From: a virus
Length of the DNA: 64,000 nt
Strand: one strand, 5' to 3'
Virus record (IMG/VR): IMGVR_UViG_3300028827_000102
Coordinates: 32,001-96,000 of that record
Shown: piece after piece, positions 57,000 through 64,000 of the stretch
Layout of the letters: the number at the start of each line of letters is the position of its first letter
How positions within the stretch are numbered: the first letter of the stretch is position 1
Made by a program: the position numbers and the translations under genes
The notes under the pieces: model-generated
What the model saw: only the letters and a program-made list of their open reading frames with translations
What the model was told of the DNA's origin: nothing
Databases searched by the model: none

Positions 57000-57533
57000 A
57001 TGTGTTATGTTATTCCAGTTTCTGTTTTGTGTATAGAAGATAATTCTGGCGTAGCAGAAGTCATCAAGCAGCTACTTATCTATTCTAAAGCCAGACTAAA
57101 GTACCGCAATGTACCAACACTAAAGATAGCTCTTCGGGAACTAAAGAAGCACAAGTTTGACATAATTTTGTTAGATCTGAAGCTACCTGATTCTGTTGGT
57201 ACAGACACGTATCGTGCAATAGCAGAGGCAACGGATTTGCCGGTAATAGTTATTACCGGAACAGCGTCAGAAGAAGAAAGACAAAAAATTTTAGAAATGG
57301 GGGCAAAGGATTGTATTCGTAAGGATGAAATTACTTCTGACAATTTATGGCGAGCCATTCGATACGTATTGATAGAAAAACTCCATGAGGAAGAGATAGC
57401 TAATGTAATGAAGGAAATAAAAGAGATAAAGGAACACGTACGTCTGGCCTTTGCCAAGATCCATGCAGTGACAGATCGGTTAGACAACATCATGCTACCT
57501 TTTTCTTCCAACGATGACGCCACGCAGAAATAG
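57000..57533 (+). CDS. Response regulator receiver domain plus C-terminal coiled coil
   Basis: IEDN, ILLDLKLPD (phospho-Asp), VITG, GA.D.I.K. Confidence 0.88.
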   Translation: MCYVIPVSVLCIEDNSGVAEVIKQLLIYSKARLKYRNVPTLKIALRELKKHKFDIILLDLKLPDSVGTDTYRAIAEATDLPVIVITGTASEEERQKILEMGAKDCIRKDEITSDNLWRAIRYVLIEKLHEEEIANVMKEIKEIKEHVRLAFAKIHAVTDRLDNIMLPFSSNDDATQK

Positions 57534-58731
57534 GTATGGGCGGTCCTCTAGACGGGCGGGAGCGCATTCTGTAGTCTAAAAAGGACTGTGGCGGCTCTGT
57601 TTCTTCCAAGTGTCGGTATCTGGTTAAAGGTCGGTCGTACAGACTGATACCTTGTCCACTTCTAGCATATTTTTGGATACTCTTCCATATTACCGGAAAA
57701 TAGCGGCTACCATCATAGCCAAATAGGTCACACAACCCAACGCTTAGTATTTTTCGCAAAGGTTCGGCCAATGGAGTACGGATGAACCACGTTTTAGCCA
57801 CTCTTCTAGCGCTGGCATAGTCGTAAGCTGGCTCCATTCCTTCTATTTTTGACAGTTTTTTATAGTAGTAGAAAGCCTTTTTGTACCTTGCATTGCTACG
57901 GAGCTTGTCTTCTCTGAAAGCTACGTGAAAGACCATGTAAAACGGGCTTTTGGCTGCGGTATTATTTATTATTTTCTTTAAGTCTGAGAAACGGACGCTT
58001 CTTGTTTGACCTAAGATAGCTTTCAGTCGTTTGTGTCGGCATACTACTTCAATTCGGCATACCATGTCTTCTGGGTTCATAAGGTCTGGGTCTACATAGT
58101 ATTCTCTTCTCTTTTTAAGTGTTTCTTCTTGCTTGTCGTAGATACGTACTGGGCCTTTACCCTTCAGTTTGCCATATCTCTTCCAGTTTCTATGTCTGGT
58201 ACCGGTATGAGTTCTTACAAAATGACGGTTAACTAGGGGAAGAAGGTCCGGACGGTTCTCTGGAGTAAGAAAATCAACAAAGAAATCACATCTTACCATT
58301 ATTAGTAGGTCCAAAGAAGGACACTTCACTACTCGGTTAATGGCCGCTAACAGTTCTTCCTGTGTTACATAACGTTCTGTTAATTTTCTTATTCTTATGT
58401 AGGCTCTGTCTAGAACACGGGAGTAGTATAATGTTAATGGTGCAAAGTCTTTGTCATACGTGTTCCATACACCCTTGTACATACCTTTCGGGTATATGTT
58501 ATATACACGGAATATGTCTACTTCCGGATGTAACTTCGTCTTCCGTACAACGTATCCCCCTTTTCTGTAAGAATTACGGTAAAGCATAGACTTATGGCGT
58601 AAAGGAAACCGGTTAAGGTTTACCTCAAAAAGTATGTCGTCTATGCCGGATAAGACTGGTTTCATCACTAAAATACTAAGCCCGTAGAAGGTACTGATGT
58701 AGAGTATACCGGGAGAGAAGGAGGATGTCAC
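57490..58731 (-). CDS. Rep_trans-like (rolling-circle type) replication initiator/nickase; start probably at MKPVL
   Basis: GIDDI, RCDFFVD, YG, RIYDKQEE, RIE in the order expected for Rep_trans; very basic. Confidence 0.55.
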   Translation of the reverse strand: MTSSFSPGILYISTFYGLSILVMKPVLSGIDDILFEVNLNRFPLRHKSMLYRNSYRKGGYVVRKTKLHPEVDIFRVYNIYPKGMYKGVWNTYDKDFAPLTLYYSRVLDRAYIRIRKLTERYVTQEELLAAINRVVKCPSLDLLIMVRCDFFVDFLTPENRPDLLPLVNRHFVRTHTGTRHRNWKRYGKLKGKGPVRIYDKQEETLKKRREYYVDPDLMNPEDMVCRIEVVCRHKRLKAILGQTRSVRFSDLKKIINNTAAKSPFYMVFHVAFREDKLRSNARYKKAFYYYKKLSKIEGMEPAYDYASARRVAKTWFIRTPLAEPLRKILSVGLCDLFGYDGSRYFPVIWKSIQKYARSGQGISLYDRPLTRYRHLEETEPPQSFLDYRMRSRPSRGPPIPISAWRHRWKKKVA

Positions 58732-58901
58732 TAAAAAACTATTCTAATAACTCTTACGCTTAATCTTAGTGCATAATTATGTTTATTATTGATTCCATTA
58801 ACTTAGTTAATTAAGTCACGGATACACTGAAGTAGGTAGTACGGCTAAATAACGGTGATTTAATAACTACGGATATACAGAAATACAAATGGAATACGTA
58901 G

Positions 58902-59073
58902 AAGGAAGTACGGAAGTAGGGAGTACTAGGAGTATGGAGTGAGGGAGTACTGGGAAAGGAAGTACGGAAGTAGGGAGTACAGGGAAGAGAGTTAGAAGGG
59001 TCCATGTTTCCGTAATTACACGGAAAGTTGTAAGGAAGTACGTAGGGAAGGTGACGGAGGGGGGAGGAGGGAA
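58902..59073 (+). repeat. Purine-rich direct repeats in the non-coding gap; putative origin
   Basis: AAGGAAGTACGGAAGTAGGGAGTAC at 58902-58926 and 58956-58980, partial at 59032-59042; strong G/A skew; AT-rich tract at about 58740-58870. Confidence 0.7.
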
Positions 59074-59081
59074 GCCCAGCC

Positions 59082-59095
59082 TTAATTTTTAGAGA
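59082..59095 (+). promoter_or_regulatory. Variant late-type motif TTAATTTTTAGAGA
   Basis: Merges with the GAGGTG RBS of 59105. Confidence 0.4.
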
Positions 59096-59104
59096 GGTGA
59101 CTAG

Positions 59105-59878
59105 ATGTCTAAACCAGAGAAAGAGCTTGAGCGTTTGTTGCGTGTTGTACTTCCTGGGACTGAATTTGAGCATCGTGTTTTTGCGGTGGGTGGATATGTT
59201 CGTGATGAGTTACTGGGCGAAGAGGCTCATGATTTAGATGTAGTGGTGGAGATGCAATACGGTGCTCAACGGTTTGGTGAATTTCTTGTAGACTTTTTTG
59301 GTGACGAAATTGTATTGGGGCCGATACCCCTTAGTTTACGGTATCCGGTATGGCGTGTCAAGTTTGCCGATGACGTATTAGTCGGTAATAATGTATATGG
59401 CACTAAGGGGGCTTATTTAGACATGGCGGACACTCAATCTGTAGTAGACGGTACATACTCTTTATTCGGTCCGCTGAGCGATGATTTTCGCAGGCGTGAT
59501 TTTACCGTAAATATGGTATTTAAGGATCTCACCGATGGTACATTGGTCGATCCTTCTGGTTTGGGTTTGGCTGATATAGAGCGAGGTATACTACGCACAT
59601 TACCAAGCTACAATGAGCATGAAGACCTTGTTGCGAACCCAAAGAAGATTCTCAGGGCTATACGTTTTGCACTTAAGTATGATTGGGGACTAGAGCCGTC
59701 TTTAGTGGAGACGATTAAACAGTCCGAGGACGTCATAAGTAGCATTGATGCTAAAGCGATCCGTAGAGAGCTACGAAAAATAAGGGACGATGGCAATTTG
59801 ACTAAAGCCGTCGGTATGTTTAAGGAGCTTGGTTTATGGGACGCTATACTAAAGACGTTAAGTGCAAGCGAGCACTAA
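59105..59878 (+). CDS. Class II tRNA nucleotidyltransferase/poly(A) polymerase family protein
   Basis: AVGGYVRD.LLG...DLD, RRDFTVN, DP.G.GL.D, ILRAIRF. Confidence 0.88.
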   Translation: MSKPEKELERLLRVVLPGTEFEHRVFAVGGYVRDELLGEEAHDLDVVVEMQYGAQRFGEFLVDFFGDEIVLGPIPLSLRYPVWRVKFADDVLVGNNVYGTKGAYLDMADTQSVVDGTYSLFGPLSDDFRRRDFTVNMVFKDLTDGTLVDPSGLGLADIERGILRTLPSYNEHEDLVANPKKILRAIRFALKYDWGLEPSLVETIKQSEDVISSIDAKAIRRELRKIRDDGNLTKAVGMFKELGLWDAILKTLSASEH

Positions 59879-60516
59879 AGCGGACGTTTCTCTTTAGTGG
59901 CACCAGACTAAAGGGACAACAGGCACTAAAGCGGACGTTTCTCTTTAGTGGCACCAGACTAAAGGGACAACAGGCACTAAAGCGGACGTTTCTCTTTAGT
60001 GGCTTCTTGTTGTCTTTAGTGGTCTCGTGTCCACCTAAGCGTTATCCGATATACTTCCTTAATGTCACTTCGTATAAGGTGTATACAGATCGTGTGACTA
60101 AAGACGGAATACGGTTTAGGGTACCATACAACGTAGATGCCGATAAGTTTGCTGTTGCTGTAGATCAAAAAGTACGGGAGCTGGAAACATGTTTGGGAAA
60201 AAAGATTCGTAGGGATTGGTTTGCGGTATTTGTTCCAGATGATTGGTATGTGTCTAAGTGCAGTGGTGAGCAGTTGGTTCCTAGCAAAGCAGACCCTAAA
60301 TTATGCAGAACGAAGGGATTGGTGCTGCCTCCGGAGTGTGAGTGGGTAATATATCCCAACGATAAGTGTCCTTGTGTGTGTAATTTTCGTGCGGTTACTC
60401 AGGACAATTATTATATAGTAACAGCGCCCAATCTAAAATTGTTTAAGAATGAGTTAGCTAGCATAGTATTGAATAACAGAAACTTGTGGGTGACAGAGTG
60501 GGCGAAGTGTTTATAA
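59836..60516 (+). CDS. Cys-rich putative lipoprotein (start uncertain; N-terminus expanded by the repeat)
   Basis: KRTFLFSGFLLSLVVSC lipobox-like segment; several Cys. Confidence 0.55.
   Translation: MGRYTKDVKCKRALKRTFLFSGTRLKGQQALKRTFLFSGTRLKGQQALKRTFLFSGFLLSLVVSCPPKRYPIYFLNVTSYKVYTDRVTKDGIRFRVPYNVDADKFAVAVDQKVRELETCLGKKIRRDWFAVFVPDDWYVSKCSGEQLVPSKADPKLCRTKGLVLPPECEWVIYPNDKCPCVCNFRAVTQDNYYIVTAPNLKLFKNELASIVLNNRNLWVTEWAKCL
59872..60003 (+). repeat. 51-bp tandem repeat (about 2.6 copies) with internal hairpin
   Basis: Unit GCACTAAAGCGGACGTTTCTCTTTAGTGGCACCAGACTAAAGGGACAACAG; stem CACTAAAG/CTTTAGTG. Confidence 0.92.
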
Positions 60517-60528
60517 ACGAGGCGAGCG

Positions 60529-60888
60529 ATGTTGGGATCACATGTACTGGTAGATATGTATGGAATATCTAATCATGATATGATTGATGACAACACCAAA
60601 TTATTTTCTCTTTTTAAAGAAGCAATAGATATAAGCGGAGCGACTTACGTGTCTCATAAATTTTCTCCGCAAGGTGTCAGCGGAGCTATAATTATATCAG
60701 AGTCACATTTGACTTGGCATACTTGGCCAGAGCTAAATTTCCTTAGTTTCGATTATTTTATGTGTGGCGATCATGTTCGGATCGATATAGCAGTGGATCA
60801 TATTACCGAAAAATTATGTCCTGAGAAGATAGATAAAAATATATATGTTAGGGGAGCATATTTTCCGTCTGCTGCTATTAGCGGATAA
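60529..60888 (+). CDS. speD: S-adenosylmethionine decarboxylase proenzyme
   Basis: GSHVLVDMYG, HKFSPQGVSG, SESHLTWHTWPE, DYFMCG. Confidence 0.85.
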   Translation: MLGSHVLVDMYGISNHDMIDDNTKLFSLFKEAIDISGATYVSHKFSPQGVSGAIIISESHLTWHTWPELNFLSFDYFMCGDHVRIDIAVDHITEKLCPEKIDKNIYVRGAYFPSAAISG

Positions 60889-61158
60889 TTGGAGGTGCAG
60901 ATGGACCATACACATAGAGTAGTTGCTATAAATAAGCTACGCGAGCTATTAGACAGTCTTGCGTCTGAAGCAGCTGCTCAATCTAGAGAAATACATACAC
61001 TTAAAGAAAAAATTACTGTTCTTACGAAGGATTTGGAAGAAAATTGGAAAGAGATACAGAAGATACGTAAACAGTTGGTGACAGAGATGGATACATTTTT
61101 GACTCCTGTTCCTTTGCCTAAAGAGGAGATACCAAATGCGGGAAATTATAAAGTATAG
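60889..61158 (+). CDS. Coiled-coil protein (start likely ATG 60901)
   Basis: GGAGG before 60901; heptads. Confidence 0.55.
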   Translation: MEVQMDHTHRVVAINKLRELLDSLASEAAAQSREIHTLKEKITVLTKDLEENWKEIQKIRKQLVTEMDTFLTPVPLPKEEIPNAGNYKV

Positions 61159-61501
61159 GGGACACACGTATATAGCAGCCGAAGAGAGTGTTGTGGAAAC
61201 AAAGGAGGACGTTTTTGAACGTTTGGAAAAATCTCCGAGTATAGACTGGGAAGATAAATATCTACACCCTATACTTGTTGTTTTGCGCGAAATGTTTGAT
61301 GTAGAACAGGAACAAATTTCTATCGATAATTACCGGAAAATAAGTCCATTCGGAGATGATAGATTTGGTTTTGCTATAGTGGGGACTGTAATATTCAAAG
61401 ATTTTCTTCCAGAAGATTATGGTAATCCTCCGTATATGTTTTTTGCACAGATTTCGCCTGATGGTGAACTTATGCTTCCGATAGAAGTAGAAGGGAATTA
61501 A
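61136..61501 (+). CDS. Hypothetical acidic protein, possible internal head protein
   Basis: GAGGAG RBS; N-terminal IKYRGHTYIAA. Confidence 0.6.
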   Translation: MREIIKYRGHTYIAAEESVVETKEDVFERLEKSPSIDWEDKYLHPILVVLREMFDVEQEQISIDNYRKISPFGDDRFGFAIVGTVIFKDFLPEDYGNPPYMFFAQISPDGELMLPIEVEGN

Positions 61502-61741
61502 TTGTCTAATTTAACCGAATCAAATAGGAATTTGTTATTATCAGAATTGCGTAGACTTAATTTACGCATGACTGAGCTAGAGATGCAGCTTACTTCGGTC
61601 CGTTCTGATATGGTATCTCTTGAATCTGCTTTTTGTGAACTTAAATCGGCCATGTCTGAAATAGAACAAATAGATGTAATAAAATTAGCAATTGCAGCTT
61701 TGGAGACAGAAATAAACAAGTTAGTCACCAAACTAACTTAA
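61502..61741 (+). CDS. Small coiled-coil protein
   Basis: Leu heptads; TTG start. Confidence 0.45.
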   Translation: MSNLTESNRNLLLSELRRLNLRMTELEMQLTSVRSDMVSLESAFCELKSAMSEIEQIDVIKLAIAALETEINKLVTKLT

Positions 61742-61751
61742 TATTTAGTGG
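61738..61751 (+). promoter_or_regulatory. Late-type motif TTAATATTTAGTGG
   Basis: 26 nt upstream of 61778, heading the scaffold/protease genes. Confidence 0.6.
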
Positions 61752-61777
61752 TGAAGATATATCTGGGTTGAGGTCTA

Positions 61778-62170
61778 ATGGCTAATTGGAATAGAGTATG
61801 GTCTTCTCAGTGCAATAATTCGTGTTCAACGGATTGTTTTAATATACGTGGACCATCTGATGTATCCAGCGGTAAGCCTACTGCTTTTGATGGTCTCACC
61901 ACTAATATAACTTCTTTGGCTGATGTGACGGCTTTTTATGCCGAGGAAATAAAAAAGAGAACCAGCGCTAGCAGATATGTAATAACAGGAACAACCAGCA
62001 CGTCATTTGTTGTTGTATTTAAGATACACAGACAAAATGACAAAATACTGACCATACAATATAGTAGTGCTGAAGGAACAATGCCGGTGGCTGTCACATT
62101 TTCCGGTGGTTATTCTGCTAATATTTATAGTATGACCCAGATGGTAGATTGGGTTGTCGATAAAATGTAG
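61778..62170 (+). CDS. Hypothetical protein
   Basis: GAGG RBS. Confidence 0.55.
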   Translation: MANWNRVWSSQCNNSCSTDCFNIRGPSDVSSGKPTAFDGLTTNITSLADVTAFYAEEIKKRTSASRYVITGTTSTSFVVVFKIHRQNDKILTIQYSSAEGTMPVAVTFSGGYSANIYSMTQMVDWVVDKM

Positions 62171-62218
62171 TGCGCTCTCACCGATAGACAAAACAGGCTG
62201 CACTTCATAGATTACCTA

Positions 62219-63451
62219 TTGGAGGAAAAAATGAAAGTTTCAAAGCGCAATGACAGGTTACATGCTATTCGTCGTTCTCGTGCTCGTGAGGCTGCACGTA
62301 TTCTGCGAGCCCGTAGAATACGAAGAGCTTTGGAAGATCTAGATATGGACATAAATCTAGATGAAATTTTGGATGAGGACGTTGAGGAGCTATCGGAAGA
62401 TGAGTTCGAGCCGGTAGAGTGCCCGGTAGGTTGTGTGCCGGAAGAGGAGAAAGAGGAAGAGAGGGAAGAGGAAAAGAAAGAAGAAGAGGCTGAAGAAGCA
62501 GAAGAGAAGGAAGAATCAGAAGAAGAGGAAAAGGAAGAAGTAGAGGCAAGCGTGTCTGATGTTTCTGAGGAGCAGGGAGAGACATCTGATACTACTGAAG
62601 ATGTGGTTACAGCTACAAACGCCGAGGAAGATGTAACCACAACAGACCGTGTGGCCACTATTGTTCCCAAGACAGCTCTTTCAGACGTGGATCCGAATAC
62701 TATCAATTTGGTTCTGCATAACACCGATAAGCCACACTATGTTATCATGGCTTCTGGTCATCCAGTAGGTGAAATTCATCTCGAAGATATGGATATTCCA
62801 GAAGACATGCAAGATCTATTTGCTTCCGATCAGTTTACTAATGGGTTGTTGGACAGCATTCAGCATTTTGGTGTGTCGGCTGCTCTACATGATATGCCTG
62901 TACGTTATTATGAGGATGCTGTTTCTGTTCCACAGGCAGAGGACAGGGGCCGCAAGGCAGCTTTGCAGGATCTAGAGGAAGCATACCAACGTAAGGTTGC
63001 TGCTATCAAAGACGAAATGTTCAACAAGGTTCATTTGGCGTTTGAGGCTTCTTTGAAAAACGTTCTTCTCAGTAACCCACTGCGTGATGCTTTCCGTCAG
63101 GCTGCCACAGCTTATGGTATGACTGATTCTGCTGCTGTTGAGGTGTTTGAGCAAGCTATGCAGACAGCTGGCGCAGACTATTTTGCCTCTTTGTTCCAGA
63201 AGGCCGATGAATGGTTGGGCTTCCAGCCTGAAGCAATGCAGCAAATTGAGGCTACTATACGAGAAGCAGAGTATAGTCATCCTGTAGATCGTGGGCTCGA
63301 AGTAGCTGAGGAAGAGGTACAACCCGAGCGTGTGGCATCTATTCCACGTACTATGATGCCAAAGCAGGCACCACAGGCGGAAAAGACAGCTGCTGTAAAT
63401 GGTGAGGAGATACTGCGCAATTACCTACGGGGGATAGGCTTCCGTAAGTAA
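62219..63451 (+). CDS. Putative capsid scaffold/core protein (start likely ATG 62231)
   Basis: GGAGG RBS; Glu-rich low-complexity region plus helical domain; precedes the protease candidate; followed by a terminator. Confidence 0.5.
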   Translation: MEEKMKVSKRNDRLHAIRRSRAREAARILRARRIRRALEDLDMDINLDEILDEDVEELSEDEFEPVECPVGCVPEEEKEEEREEEKKEEEAEEAEEKEESEEEEKEEVEASVSDVSEEQGETSDTTEDVVTATNAEEDVTTTDRVATIVPKTALSDVDPNTINLVLHNTDKPHYVIMASGHPVGEIHLEDMDIPEDMQDLFASDQFTNGLLDSIQHFGVSAALHDMPVRYYEDAVSVPQAEDRGRKAALQDLEEAYQRKVAAIKDEMFNKVHLAFEASLKNVLLSNPLRDAFRQAATAYGMTDSAAVEVFEQAMQTAGADYFASLFQKADEWLGFQPEAMQQIEATIREAEYSHPVDRGLEVAEEEVQPERVASIPRTMMPKQAPQAEKTAAVNGEEILRNYLRGIGFRK

Positions 63452-63461
63452 TACGTTAGTT

Positions 63462-63506
63462 AGTCTCTTGGGGAGATGTTTCCCCAAGAGACTCATTTTT
63501 CTTTTC
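63462..63506 (+). terminator. Intrinsic terminator
   Basis: 13-bp stem AGTCTCTTGGGGA/TCCCCAAGAGACT followed by CATTTTTCTTTT. Confidence 0.8.
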
Positions 63507-63520
63507 AAAGTGAATAAAAT

Positions 63521-64000
63521 ATGAAATCTGTTTCCTATGGTCCTGGTCTTCATTTAGGTACTCCGGTATTAGCCCATACGATAGATAAAGATAGGGTAGT
63601 GGAAAAGAAGCCCAAGGTAATAATGGGCCATAAATTGGACATTGTAACCCACAAAACTTTAGGCAAAATAGCCGTCGGAGATGCGTTAGATTCGTGTGCT
63701 TGCAATCAACTAAGAATCGACTGGTTGCCTTTTGCATCTGAATCGTATCATATATCTCCCAAAATAGAAGACTATGTTTTAGTGGAGGTGCCGATTGTAG
63801 TAGAAATGTATCCTAACAGAAATATGGATGCTTTTCCGTTTTCTGAGCTTACTGCTTGGCGACCAATGATTGGTCGTACAGCCTGGCAAACATTTATAGG
63901 AAAACCGGTACATCAGGACCACCAAAATGAAGATCCCACTAAGGCCAAGGGTGTAATATTCGACGCTTCTCTGTCCAAATTTCGGGGCAGGTGGCATGTT
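63521..64000 (+). CDS. Prohead protease candidate, truncated by the window edge
   Basis: Not in the ORF track; hand translation MKSVSYG...YPNRNMDAFP..EL...WQTFIGKPVHQDHQNEDPTKAKGVIFDA, a pattern recalled from large-phage head proteases. Confidence 0.65.
   Translation, partial: MKSVSYGPGLHLGTPVLAHTIDKDRVVEKKPKVIMGHKLDIVTHKTLGKIAVGDALDSCACNQLRIDWLPFASESYHISPKIEDYVLVEVPIVVEMYPNRNMDAFPFSELTAWRPMIGRTAWQTFIGKPVHQDHQNEDPTKAKGVIFDASLSKFRGRWHV

Noticed and set aside
58811-59173. 120-aa minus-strand ORF
   Set aside because: Low-complexity translation of the repeat tract; overlaps the NTase start
59872-60003. CRISPR mini-array (30-bp palindromic repeat x3)
   Set aside because: The two 21-nt 'spacers' are identical, so it is a tandem repeat; no cas operon is present
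63456-63997. Minus-strand ORFs 63456..63737 and 63779..63997
   Set aside because: Shadows of the plus-strand protease candidate starting at 63521
1-64000. Genome-wide stop-codon reassignment
   Set aside because: Conserved genes are full length in the standard code and end in TAA, TAG and TGA, with ATGA overlaps
1-64000. Inteins or introns in RNR, polymerase, gyrase, RecA or TerL; tRNA genes
   Set aside because: Protein lengths and motif spacing look normal, no intein termini were seen, and no cloverleaf was recognised in the short intergenic gaps (by eye only)

Overview
A 64-kb segment of a large, AT-rich, gene-dense tailed dsDNA phage (jumbo-like, probably infecting a diderm bacterium). 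No rRNA, tRNA or CRISPR array was recognised. Replication, recombination and nucleotide genes lie mostly on the minus strand: class II RNR (cut by the left edge and missing from the ORF track), RuvC, ATP-dependent ligase, SbcC/SbcD, DnaX, RecA, SSB, a sigma70-family factor, Cas4-like nuclease, primase, dCTP deaminase, GyrA/GyrB and a UDG-fused family A polymerase. Virion and lysis genes include neck/tail proteins, holin/spanin candidates, TerL, portal, a scaffold-like protein and a prohead-protease candidate (cut by the right edge, also missing from the track). Most notable observations: (1) a tailed histone-fold protein inside the RecA-SbcCD-DnaX operon; (2) an apparent UGA read-through that would add a 4-Cys finger to the SSB and end in a TAATG overlap with recA; (3) a 14-nt motif TTAnnnTTTAGTRG before structural operons, a candidate phage late promoter; (4) a Rep_trans-like initiator beside a repeat-rich putative origin; (5) host-like regulators and enzymes (KhpA, an orphan response regulator, two SpeD-fold decarboxylases, two nucleotidyltransferases with altered motifs). 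All calls come from motif reading by eye; no searches were run.
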